DNA from: Basidiobolus ranarum
Lineage: Eukaryota
Assembly: GCA_040143965.1 (NCBI GenBank)
Contig: JASJQH010006922.1
Coordinates: forward strand, 1 to 38,384
Direction of reading: 5' to 3'
DNA: 38,384 nt
Positions 10,329-21,522 of the stretch are shown here, piece by piece. The position numbers were made by a program, and so were the translations under genes. Numbering within the stretch: position 1 is the stretch's first letter; every line of letters starts with the position of its first letter. A model generated the notes under the pieces. That model searched no databases and was not told the DNA's origin. It saw nothing but the letters and a program-made list of their open reading frames with translations.

Positions 10329-11211
10329 ATGGAGACAAATCCTCGTGGTATACCCAAAGCTCCATTTATTGTATGTATTCAAGGCATTATCTTCAAATTT
10401 GTATGACTCGACATTAAATGTCGCTTTAATTTAGGAAAATGTTGATGAATACATCTCCGAAGAAAATACTACCGAAGTAACTCTTCGTAAGTTTCAAGAG
10501 GCAGTTAGGTAAATAGCATGTTTTCTGTCTTTATTTTGTGAAGAGTTGTGGTTAATATTCGGATGTGCTTTCTAGCAAATACAAGTTCATGGAAGTCAAC
10601 CTACTTCAGAAAAAGAAGTCTTTAGAGATGAAGATCCCTGAACTCAAAAAGACTCTCGACGTCATAGAACTTTTACTTGAAAAGAAGGTTGGTGCTTTCA
10701 CTGATTTTACACTTGTGAAGTAATCAAAGCTAAATTTGAACGTACATAGGACAGTGACGAGCCTCTTGAGACTCAATTCGAGTTACATGAGACTTTGTAT
10801 GCTAACGCCAAGATTCCTATCACCGATAAAGTGAACCTATGGCTCGGTGTAAGTAGTCAAATCCTGTCGAGTTTTTTCTTGCGCACCTGGCTAATGTCAA
10901 GGGTTCATGTAGGCCAACGTCATGTTAGAATATAGTGTAGAAGAAGCTCAAGAATTGATCAGTAGCAAGCTCATCACTGCCAAGAGCAGTCTAGAGCAAG
11001 CTAATGAGGACGCATTATTCCTTCGTGATCAGATTACCACTATGGAAGTCAGTATCCTTTTTGTGCAAATTGCAACGAATCGGCGATATTTTAACAAGAA
11101 TTTATTTGAGCTCTCGTATTCCTTAACTACTTCTCCCCTTCAGATATTGCACGCGTATACAACTGGGACGTTAAACAGAGAAGAGGTACCAAAGAAAAGT
11201 CCGATCAATAA
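10329..11211 (+). CDS. PAC10: Prefoldin subunit 3 (VBP1/Pac10/Gim2), 6 exons
   Basis: METNPRGIPKAPFI...KYKFME...KIPELKKTL...FELHETLYA...VNLWLGANVMLEY...[25 protein letters not shown]; stop TAA at 11209-11211. Confidence 0.93.
11052..11143 (+). other. U12-type (minor spliceosome) GT-AG intron, last intron of prefoldin 3
   Basis: 5' site GTATCCTTT (11052), branch TTCCTTAAC (11119-11127), 3' CAG (11141-11143); removal restores [15 protein letters not shown]. Confidence 0.88.
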
Positions 11212-11364
11212 ATCTCAGGAATCTTTGATTCATCTACACACTATTATACAATGGATGCGCACTCTATTCTTACAATGGGTTGTATAGCATGAGGATTAGA
11301 TAGATATGCAAACACATGGCTCAGAACTGAAAATAAAGAATCTAGCTATTTCTACAAACACGTT

Positions 11365-12891
11365 TTAATTTGATGAGGCCTTATTTAGAATTCTAGCCGA
11401 GCGCCTTTTGGGTGCATGTGATGAAACGTCCTCACTTGTGTCAAACTCGTTATTTTCTGTCTCCAAAGCTTGAAGTATTTTCTTTTTCACTGACTTCTGA
11501 CGTGTAGGATTGTGTAGAGTATCTTTGCCTTCTGTTACTTGAGTGATATCCAAATCCTTTTCTTTGTATGTGGCATCGGAGCTCTTGCTTTCCGAACTGA
11601 TCACAATTTCTTTTTCTGATTTGGGCTTTGGTTTCGACTTCACTTTACGTGGTTGTTTTTGATCTATTGGGATATCTCCATTTGTCTGACTTTCGTCCAA
11701 GACTTTTGCTGCCTTTGATTTGACTTGTTTTTTTCTTCGTTTGTCGGGAGATGATTCCTGTACCTCTTTGCTATCTATCTCTACCTTTCGAGATTTGGTA
11801 CTTTTGCGACCTTTTGTCTGCGTACTTTCCTCGCTTGCTGGTGGTATCAATACGTCTGGATTCACCGGTAGGATGTCGTATAATGTGTACAGCTCTAGCA
11901 CTGCTTGTTCTTTGTCTTTTGCCTCGATCATTAGGTCCATATCACGTTCGCATGGTGGTAATTTCTTCACGCGATTGGAGTGAGCCCGTTTCTCCATGAT
12001 ATTCGATGCACCAGGCCGCTCTTCGGAGTAGTGTTGTTTCTGTTTAATACCGCGAGAGCGCCAGATATCTTTTATTCTCGAGAGAACTTCCAACAAATCC
12101 AGATCACCCAAGTTCAGACTGTGGTGATGCCAATCAAACACCAGAGGAATGTTTAGTTTCTCACACACTGGTAAGATATCCGATGCTGAATAGCATATTT
12201 CATCATTTTCCAGTACCAATCTATTACGTACTGAGGGTGGACATTTAGCGAAACCTTCTTCGAACCTTGCTAGCGTTGCTTCTTTGTCACCATAGACACC
12301 CCCCATATGGATGATCATTACTGAGTCTTGATCGAGTTCCATCAGGTCAAGCATTTCAGCATGATATGTGAGATCCGCAATGGCCCGTCTCACCACTTCT
12401 GAATTAGGTGAGGCCAACTGGGTATATTGACCTGGGTGGCTAGTCAATCTGTGCCCCAGGCGCTTGGCCAACTCACCAGCTTTTTTTAGTTCATCTGAAG
12501 CATAGTCAAGAGAATAGCCATACAGGTCGTGACTAGCGAAAGGAAACATTTCACTGGAGACTCTCATGAATTTTATATTATTTTCCTCATTCCACTGGAT
12601 GATAGAGCTCAAGTCACGAATATTTTGTAAGCCCAAAGACTTTACATATTCTATACCTTTTTGCTTTATGGTGTCGATGCGACAAGTACGAGAGCAAAAC
12701 ACTGGGTCTTGTTTCTTACGCTTACGTAGATATGTGTTCAAACAAGCATAACCCAAACGGCCTGTAAAAGGAAGTTTCTCTTTTGACTCGATCAAATCTC
12801 TGGGTATGGACATGTTACGTTGAATTAAAGAGAAACGGTGAGCTTGGTTTTTACTGTATAGAGCACGTCGTAGAAGAAGCAGTGAGAACAT
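11365..12891 (-). CDS. UVE1: UV-damage endonuclease (UVDE/Uve1) with basic low-complexity C-terminal tail
   Basis: GRLGYACLN, FMRVSSEMFPFASH, RLTSHPGQYTQLASP, IHMGGVYGDK, RLVLENDE, VFDWHHH, KQHYSE, RAHS, DLMIEAKDKEQA. First real ATG is 12891 (12912 is TTG); second in-frame ATG at 12813. Confidence 0.95.
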   Translation of the reverse strand: MFSLLLLRRALYSKNQAHRFSLIQRNMSIPRDLIESKEKLPFTGRLGYACLNTYLRKRKKQDPVFCSRTCRIDTIKQKGIEYVKSLGLQNIRDLSSIIQWNEENNIKFMRVSSEMFPFASHDLYGYSLDYASDELKKAGELAKRLGHRLTSHPGQYTQLASPNSEVVRRAIADLTYHAEMLDLMELDQDSVMIIHMGGVYGDKEATLARFEEGFAKCPPSVRNRLVLENDEICYSASDILPVCEKLNIPLVFDWHHHSLNLGDLDLLEVLSRIKDIWRSRGIKQKQHYSEERPGASNIMEKRAHSNRVKKLPPCERDMDLMIEAKDKEQAVLELYTLYDILPVNPDVLIPPASEESTQTKGRKSTKSRKVEIDSKEVQESSPDKRRKKQVKSKAAKVLDESQTNGDIPIDQKQPRKVKSKPKPKSEKEIVISSESKSSDATYKEKDLDITQVTEGKDTLHNPTRQKSVKKKILQALETENNEFDTSEDVSSHAPKRRSARILNKASSN

Positions 12892-13032
12892 GCAAAAGCA
12901 AGGAATACACAATAATTATAAAAAAGTACATACACTCTTGCTACGTCAAAATCCTCAGAAATGGTGGAATTAAATAGGTGGTTTATTTTCTTGTATTCAG
13001 TTCGTGTCCTTTTTTCTTGCTATTCATTGCAA

Positions 13033-13078
13033 CGATCAACTTGGTTGGCGATCGAGCTACTAGATATCTAGTCTCGAT
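13033..13078. promoter_or_regulatory. GATC-rich quasi-palindromic element upstream of UVE1 (candidate regulatory site)
   Basis: CGATC (13033), CGATCG (13049) and ATCGAG-ct-ACTAGATATCTAGT-CTCGAT (13051-13078). Confidence 0.35.
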
Positions 13079-13539
13079 TGGATACCCCCAGAATTGACAG
13101 TCACCGGTGTCGCAGCTCTCATAAATGCGGATAATATTCCTCACTGATGATTTGCTTATACAAACAAGCTTCAACAGCATGCAAACCATCGCTGCTCTAG
13201 AAAGTCACTAAACCTAATCAACTTATACCGGAATAGGAATGGTGCCACTCAAATTCTTTTAATTGTCAAAGGAGGCAGAGCCATGATTTAAAGCATCTGT
13301 CTACCCAAACATGGAGGGATGCAAGTGGAGTATTTCAAATTTCTGTCAACGAAACGAGTTAAACATATCATTGGTCAAGACCTGCAGCTGATCTATTAAG
13401 CATGTGTATCCTTGACCGATCGTTACTCGATTTAACAAACTCGCAGCGTATATAGAGTAAAAAAGCACTTGTAGAGACCCCTGTGCGCGTTTATCTTGCA
13501 TTTGAAACGTGTTGATAGTGAATTTAGTTGGAATAGTTC

Positions 13540-13547
13540 TATAAATA
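13540..13547 (+). promoter_or_regulatory. TATA box of His-rich gene B
   Basis: TATAAATA about 120 nt upstream of ATG 13662. Confidence 0.5.
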
Positions 13548-13661
13548 CCCAACACTTCTTGCTTATAATTCATTAGATACAACATCTTCCATCTCTGATA
13601 GATTACTCAGTCTATACCTTTCAGCTACTTTCTTCATACCAAGAGATACCAGACTATCAAT

Positions 13662-14432
13662 ATGAAATTCGCCACTGCCACTTTACTATTCTTGACCACT
13701 GCCGCCATGTCAAGTGCTGCAGTTGCTAATCCCGCCTACGCCTCCAATTCAAGAGACATTGGCTATGATGGTGAGGGCCATGGCAAATACGGTAATCCAG
13801 ACTACAAACATAACGGTGACGGTAATGGACATGGACATGGATACGACAATGATAAACATTACAAGGGAGACAGCTATGATGGTGATTACGATCATGATGG
13901 TCATAAGAAAGGAAAGAAGCATCACAAAGGTGACAACTACGATGATGATTATGAAAGAAAGCATGGCCACAGAAAGAATAACCACCACGGAAAGGGAAAA
14001 GGATACCGCGGAGAGAAATATGAAGATGGCGACAATTATGAAGGAAAGGGTCAAGGTAATGGAGACGAATCAAAATCTGGTAAATCAGGAGGCCGTACAG
14101 GCGATGGTGAAGATGTAGATCCTCAGTCTCGTCTTGCGCTGCCAGGTCAAAACAACGATTCGTCGGCTGTTGCCCCACCAGCACTCGGTGATCAGACCGA
14201 AGCAGCAGCGGTAGCACCAGCTCAGGAAGCACCGAAGCCTGTTGAACAACCTCAGGTTCAACCTCCAGCAGATACTAATGCTCCCGCTCCAAATCCTCCC
14301 CAACAGCCTGAGATTCCTTCACCACCTAAGGAACAAAAACCTAAGCCAGAAAATGGATGTAATGGACAGATCAATGTTGGAACCAATGCCATGGGTATGC
14401 CAGTTGCAGTATGCGTCGGTTTAAACGTTTAG
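13662..14432 (+). CDS. Secreted His/Gly/Asp/Lys-rich protein B (paralog of 5178-5900), 256 aa
   Basis: Signal peptide then ANPAYASNSRDIGYDGEGHGKY (matches paralog A), His-rich core, Pro/Gln/Ala linker, tail CNGQINVGTNAMGMPVAVCVGLNV. Confidence 0.85.
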   Translation: MKFATATLLFLTTAAMSSAAVANPAYASNSRDIGYDGEGHGKYGNPDYKHNGDGNGHGHGYDNDKHYKGDSYDGDYDHDGHKKGKKHHKGDNYDDDYERKHGHRKNNHHGKGKGYRGEKYEDGDNYEGKGQGNGDESKSGKSGGRTGDGEDVDPQSRLALPGQNNDSSAVAPPALGDQTEAAAVAPAQEAPKPVEQPQVQPPADTNAPAPNPPQQPEIPSPPKEQKPKPENGCNGQINVGTNAMGMPVAVCVGLNV

Positions 14433-15036
14433 AGATTCCCTGTCTCCATCCTAGTCCTCCTAGTTTGTAGATTATGAGGTTTGGTATGCAGTATTCCTAC
14501 GTTTTGGTTTAGAATTTTCAATATTTAACAGATATACCAAGTAGTTATTTAGAAATAAACTCAATACGATTTAACCATATATTAAGGGATAATTTCATGA
14601 TGATCAGAAGTGTGTGAGGATTGATGGGAAAAATTTGAATGCAATATACGATTTATCTTAGAAATTTGGAAGTAAAAAAAATGGAAAAAAGAAAAAAAAT
14701 GGTTCAGTCAGAGAGTGAATGCAGGGAACCATACTGTATCTCACTTTTCTAAACAAGGGGACACTTTTTCTCGAAGTTACTTTGAAGAAAGACCAAAGAT
14801 TCCTTGTCAGCAAGTGAATTTGAGCTTTTTTTGTTTCTTGATAAAAACAACACCAATATAGACGTTGTTATTAGACTTTAGATATTTTTTTACCAATTCA
14901 TCCGACCTTACTTCGAAGCACCTCTTATTTCCGCTTTCACTTGAGGAGATAAAATTTACTTGTAGTTACATACCATAGAATATCGGCAACAACATACAAC
15001 CCATTCCATTTTCAACTCGAAGAAAACTAAATCAAA

Positions 15037-17148
15037 ATGGCTGATACAGTTCAATATCATTTGGAAAACATGATTCCAGAGTTGGAAGATCTGGAGAAAA
15101 AGAAGATTTTCAGCAAAGAAGAGATACGTTCCATTGTCAAGAAGCGTACGAATTTTGAGTATTCTTTAAAACGTCGTTCCCCCAAGAAGATTGACTATTT
15201 GAGATATATCGAGTATGAGTTGAATTTAGAGAATTTACGTAAAAAGCGTAAGTTAAGACTTGATATTGGTGGAAAACCCTCAGTGAGTGATTACGCTGGT
15301 CCAAGACGTATCAATTTCATCTTTGAAAGAGCTCTCGTGAAATTCAAAGGAGATGTTGCTCTTTGGTTACAATGGGTTGATTTTGCTAAAAAAAATAAGA
15401 TGAACAAATTATTGTCAAAGATTTTTGCTAGAGCAATTCAACTCCATCCAGCTAAACCCTCCCTCTGGATTTTAGCTGCTTCTTGGGAATTTGAGGATAA
15501 CTTGAATACCACTGCGGCCAGAATCCTTTTACAACGTGGCTTACGTTTAAATCCTGAATCCCAGGAGCTTTGGTTGGAGTATTTTAGACTTGAGTTGGTT
15601 TATATGGCAAAGATCAGAGAGCGTCGTAGAATTTTGGGCATCTTGAAGAAAAAACAACCCAAATCCGAGACAGTAGAGGAAAAGAAAGAAGAGGATATGA
15701 TCGTGTTACCTACGCTAGATGAGGAAGAAGAAATGGAGCCAAAGAGAGAAATTACCATATCCGATGGTTTAATTCAAACCTTGAAAGCAGAGAATAATGC
15801 GTTCCTATCTGGTGCCGTTGCGCTGATTGTTTATCAAAATGCCATCAAATCTATCTCCGATGATCTCGACTTCCGTCAGAAATTCCTTGAGGTTTACCAG
15901 ACAATCCCAGAGACTGAAGCGGGACAAGAGGCAGTATATGAGAGTATTAAGAGTGACTTCCCTCACAACGAATCCGCTCGTGCCCTCTATATTGAGAAAA
16001 GTTTAGCTGGTGTTGATCCCAACAGTGTAGAATATGTTAATGGAGTCAAGAAATGCACACAAGGTTTCAGCGAAGTGCTTCAAGAGCTTGGCACTGGCAC
16101 CATGTGGGAAAAGTATTGTGGCTTTTTGAAGAGATGCCATGGCAGAGTCTCTGAGGAAAATCTTAAGACATATTTCGTCAAAGCCTTGAGCAAAGCTTTC
16201 GATACCGCCTTCGAGAAGGGAGTTATGACTGAAAATCTGTATGTCTCTTGGCTCGAACATCTACAGAGTTCTCAGCAGTTCGATGAGGCCATTCAGGCTG
16301 CAGGCAAAGCTGTGACTCAATTCCCTAAAAGACCCGAGCTTTGGCTTATCTATGCTGAGCTTGTCATCCACAGTGACAATTCCGATGATGTCCGCTCTAA
16401 GATTTCCGATATTTATACCAAGGCTTTATCACACAACTCTACCCATCAAACTCTCTGGGTCTCTTACTTCCAATGGTTGACCAAGGAATGGAAAGACGAT
16501 ATGATCTCCAGTGAAGAAGTTGACTCCAAATATATGGTATTTCTATTACACAACCATTTTCAATATTCGAGTTTTACTGAATGCAACATGTGATTCGATA
16601 TTCATTTTAGGATGCGATCAAAGCAGTCCAATCCTTGACATCAGAGTACTTGGAAGTTAAAGAATATGTTCAATCGGAGTACATCAAATGGGTTAAAGAA
16701 TGTGGAGGAATCACCAAATGCCGCGAGGTTTACATGGGGTAAGCTTACACTTAATATGGCGAGTGTAATGATACTGACCTTTCTTTTAGTCTGTCCAAGC
16801 AACTTCCCCTCACTGCCGAGTTCTTCAAGCAATGCATCGAACTTGAGGAATCTACAGCCTCCAAAAGCTCCCCAGAAACCCAAAAGCATCTTCAGTGGCT
16901 ATTTGAGCAAGCCATCCAAGTTAACGATAAAGATGACCGTAAGTTTCATCCTTTATGAGCGAATTCTTTGAACTTGAACTAAAGCCTCTTTTATAACAGA
17001 AATCTGGATTGCTTACTTGGATCATCTTTTGTCTACAAGTCAATTTGATAAAGCCACACACATTCACTGGAAAGCTCAGCACGTAGTATCCAATAAGGAT
17101 CGATTTGAGCGGGATTACTTCCAATTGATTGGTGGTGCTAATGTTTAA
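15037..17148 (+). CDS. UTP6: U3 snoRNA-associated protein 6 (HAT-repeat SSU processome factor), 4 exons
   Basis: N-terminus MADTVQYHLENMIPELEDL...IVKKRTNFEY...DYLRYIEYE and HAT repeats (ARILLQRGLRLNP...LWLEYFRLEL); three 3' introns from 16537 extend the frame to TAA at 17148. Confidence 0.92.
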
Positions 17149-17351
17149 ACATTTCTACAATTATTTTCTGGTGTAACTCTTTTGTAAGTTAATGAAATAA
17201 ATATAAATCTTATATATCTAAATGGACCGCGATATAAAAGGAAATGGATTTTATTGATTATTTCTTTTGATGAAAAAGGTGGGGACAGGTGGAGAAATTT
17301 TGTGTGTACAAGTTTTCAAGGTTGTTCATTCACCGTAGAGATATAGTAAAA

Positions 17352-18487
17352 ATGAACGCTTGGGGCTCTCTAATCCGTCGTGCCACTGTTGGTAGAACTA
17401 GAGTTGCAATAGTGAATACCAATTTTAGGTGTACTTCTGTTCCCTCAGCTTTCACGCCTCGTTCAATATTCCGTAGACAACATTCCAGTTTAGATGCTCA
17501 AACATTTTACGAACAAAAATATGCTGAGAAACTGAAGCTTAAAGCAGAAAAGTAAGTTCAGACTTGAAGATAGCCTTTACCAGTAGAGTATTTGTCATTA
17601 AAAAGTATTCACCCAATTTTCTCAAACTTCATAGAGAGGGCTTAAAAACTGTTACAGAATTGAAGGAGAAAGTCTTAAAACCGGTGAAGCCTGCCCCTTC
17701 AGTTTCTTCAAAAACCTCCACTGCTACCAAAAGTGTTGCAAATTCGGTCTCCGGTGAGGCGGAAAAGCCTTCAAGCTCTTCACCTCGGGGAAACAGCAAC
17801 AACGGTCTTCCTTCTGATGTCAAGGTAAATACATGGGAAGAATTTTTACCCAATATTAAAGTGTAATACTAACTGTGAAGCATGAAAATTGAATTCGTAG
17901 TCATTAGAGAATATTCTCAAAATGGATAAAATTCTCCAAGAGGATGCCGAAGTCATTGGTAAAATATGGACGGAATACCATGCTAGTAAAGAGAACGCTC
18001 TTTCTGCAGTTATCCCTGCTGAAACATATGACCGACTTTTTGAACGTTCTAAGAAATACCCATTGGTACAAATCTATTTCACTTTAACATTATTGCAAAA
18101 ACATTATATTTATCAGATTTCCAGTTTGTTTTGCCAGTTCCACGTGAAGAAGGTGCCGAGATGTATCTACTTCAATTCGCATATCACCAATGTTACTTTA
18201 CCTCATTGTTGGAATACAAAACCCATGGAGAGAATGCTCGTCCTTACCTCACCCTGACACACTACACAGACCTCAAAGAGTCCAAGGGTGTCGTCTTAAT
18301 GCATGGTGAAATCTCTGATGAGCCTAGAATTTTATCTCCACAAGATGCACAATTCTTGGTTTACGGATTGCAACAATTCTACATTACTGGCTCTGAGCGT
18401 AAGCAGAAGATGGTTGAAGATTTCCACCACAACCCACAAGCCTTCGATGTTAAACAGTTGATTGAGGAATTAGAGAAATTCGAGTAG
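17352..18487 (+). CDS. ATP11: Mitochondrial F1-ATPase assembly chaperone Atp11 (ATPAF1), 4 exons
   Basis: Arg-rich presequence, YEQKYAEKLK, IGKIWTEYH, YPLFVLPVPREEG, FTSLLEYKTHGENARPYLTLTHYTDL, GVVLMHGE, AQFLVYGLQQFY. Confidence 0.92.
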
Positions 18488-18670
18488 CATTCTAAGTTAG
18501 TAAATAAACCCATTTCACATTGCCTTCAATAAACATGGCATTGCTATATTTCTACATATTTCTATACATTTCTACACAATCTAAGCAACTAGATGATTTT
18601 CACAATAAAGATGGGATTCTCTATACCAATCGAAGAACCAGATGAATAACTTGAATAAACTTTATTCTTG

Positions 18671-20343
18671 TTACATGGTGATTTTCACTACCACTTTGTG
18701 AGGCTTGAGCAGTCCTGTTCTGGTGGTAGGCACCCCGTTATTGGAGATATTCTGAGTAGGTGGTACAAATCTTATACCTGCAGTTAATATGGTATGAACA
18801 ATAACGGAAGATTCTTGTAAAAAGAACCCTTTTCCGATGCAAATCCGAGGTCCTGCTGAGAATGGAACATAAGCTGATGGATGACGAGACTCGTTTTTCT
18901 CATCCCAACGCTCAGGTATAAATGAATCGGGATCTGACCAATATTCGGGATTCCTCTGGGTGTTGTAAATGTCACATTGTATGTCAAATCCTTTAGGAAT
19001 CAAAATATCTGTGCCATGAAGCTGATATGGAGCATCCAAATGACGGCTAAGCGCGGTTACAGGTGGATACAGCCTCAAAGTCTCATTGATGCAGCTATTG
19101 AAGTAATTTAGTCGATGAGCGTCATCTTGAATGGGACTACGAAATTGGGACATCTCAAGGATAAGCTTATTCGCAGCCTCCGGATGTAAAGACAACTCCC
19201 AGATCAACCAACTCAACGAATTTGCTGTAGTTTCATGACCAGCAAATAGGAAGGCAAACAAATGATCCCGGATTTCGCGTGAATTCAGACGCAATCCACC
19301 TTCCTCTGCATCGACCATCAGGTTCAATAGTGTCTTATATTCACTTTTAGCTTGTTGTCCGCGGTTCAGACTATAATTGGCAATTGACTTGTATATAAAG
19401 TCATTCACGATCTTGAATTCATGGCGGTATTTCCAACGTAAATAATATCCACCATAAGGAATTACTAACCATGGGCTACTCAAATCACTAATAATTCGAA
19501 GTAAAGCATTGTTAAACTCCTTGGGAGCTTCCTCGGCCCCTAGGATTCTCGTTAGTATAAAGAATGTGAGCGCCAATATGAAGAACAAAGTCAGTACCTA
19601 TCACATCGATGATGATACTTAGGGTCAAGGAAGTGATTTCCTCCAACATATCCACTTCTGAACCAACCATGCCCTTTAGTTTTTCTGCGAATCTAGTAGC
19701 ATGGCGTTGAAAGCAATTTTGCATACTCTTAACAGCTGATACCTTAAATGAATCAAAGGTTATGTTGAACTCATGAATAGTGTAGAATAGAAGAGTACAC
19801 GGTTTACTTTAAACGCCTGATTCAAAAGTTGTCTTTGTTTCTTCCAAGGGCCACCATTCTTAAGGTGATGTATGGTGATCAATCCATCCTCGCTAAAATC
19901 ACATATTTCAGTAAAACTTGGGGGCATTGAAAGAGGACAACTTGTAACACTCTTACCCCAAAAACCTCCCAACTTCATCGTAAATCGAGGCCTTGGGGAA
20001 ATTTTCAGCAGAGAAAATTCGACGATAGTCTTCAGGATTGGCCGTAAACACGAAAGGGAAGAAGAAAGATATGAATTTGAAGTGGTTCCCGTATGTCTTA
20101 ATCCGCTCACTTATTGATATGTGAGGTTCTTTCAGTTCGAAATTTCCTATAAGAAACTTAGGCTTGGGTCCAGATAGTTTGGGTATCTTATTTAGCCTGT
20201 AGAATGGTTAATGGACTAGATTTTGAACAAGAACGTTAAATTTCATACCATATACGGTTACGCACATCCACACAAATCCATAAGATTAGTACTGAAGCGA
20301 AGGGAAGTAGCGCCACATAAAATAACGATAGCAAGAGTGCCAT
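18671..20343 (-). CDS. Cytochrome P450 monooxygenase, 5 exons
   Basis: ATG 20343 gives TM anchor MALLLSLFYVALLPFASVLILWICV; GPKPKFLIGN hinge, WKKQRQLLNQAF, FAGHETTA, ETLRLYPP, PERW and heme motif FSAGPRICIG. Four GT-AG introns join the frames with no stops. Confidence 0.92.
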
Positions 20344-21522
20344 TTTCCTGACTATTGAAGAGTGCCATCCATGAATAAATACCTGGAGAGCTCCCAACAG
20401 GTTTACAGCGGGATATTTGCAAACTCGTCAGGTCCAATAGGAGCTTTATATATTTTGTCACTATAACTTACACCACCATCTATATGGTTCGGTCAATAAC
20501 TCGATGAAACATGAGCATATATCTCATATATCGGTTACTAACAATATTCAATATTAACCAATTCAGTTCTTTACAAGTTTGTACTCCTCTGTATCTGAGA
20601 TATGCTGCGCAATTTACTTAATACGGGTTGTTGGTGAGTGTACTTTTCCTACCCTTTCTAGAAAAGATGGAGATTGGAATTGTCGCTATTACTTGGCGTG
20701 AATTTATTTACGATTACTAAGTGCGGATAACATTACATCTAATAAGTAGAGCAAGAATAAGGTTCTGGTTCTGTTCTGGCATGGTCGTCGGCCTCTGGTT
20801 CCGATAATGAGATCACGAGGTACTGGATCCATGGTCCATATATCCTTAATTAGAAAATTTTCATTATGTAATTCTTTACTCGACTGTCGTGCTCGCACTA
20901 GGAATATTCCATCGTGGAATTCTCTACTTCTAAAACTTTAATTTACTGATAAGAATTCAGCAATCCAAACTCAGCTAGTACAAACGATGCTTTAGATGAA
21001 ATTCATTCTCGAATGATATTCACGTGCTAATGACGGGATACTACAATCTAAATCTCATCTCAGGAATTGGTATAGTTTATAGTAACCAATTAACCTCATC
21101 AATGAAGTCCTTGTGTAGCGATATGACCGACTCAGCAATTAACCTGACGAAAAAATCCCCCTATAAAGCAATGATGTCAATGTGGAGATATTTTGGATCA
21201 CTTGTTGTCTTTTACGGCCAAGCTGCAAATCATGTTGTGTTATCGGTGAAGTGATCCTGAATGAATCAATCATGAATAGTAAATTTAATCATCATCCGTC
21301 ATCGTTTCTCTCCATGATTCCATTTTAGGATATGCGGTTCTTTAATAGAAACATTCGTTACAAATCTTAATGCATATGCAAATACCAGAGTAAATGCATA
21401 GCGGATGCCAAAGATATAAAAGAGGAGTCAAGTACAACTTTAAAAAGCATATTTCGAACTTCAATTGCTCTGGCATTTATTGAACATAATTAACTTGATC
21501 TTTCATTGTACACTTAAATCAT

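Noticed and set aside
18671-20343. P450 as a frameshifted pseudogene
   Set aside because: All frame changes are explained by four canonical GT-AG introns, and catalytic motifs are intact.
20840-20849. ATATCCTT resembling an AT-AC minor-intron donor
   Set aside because: Intergenic, with no coding context or convincing branch/acceptor pair identified.
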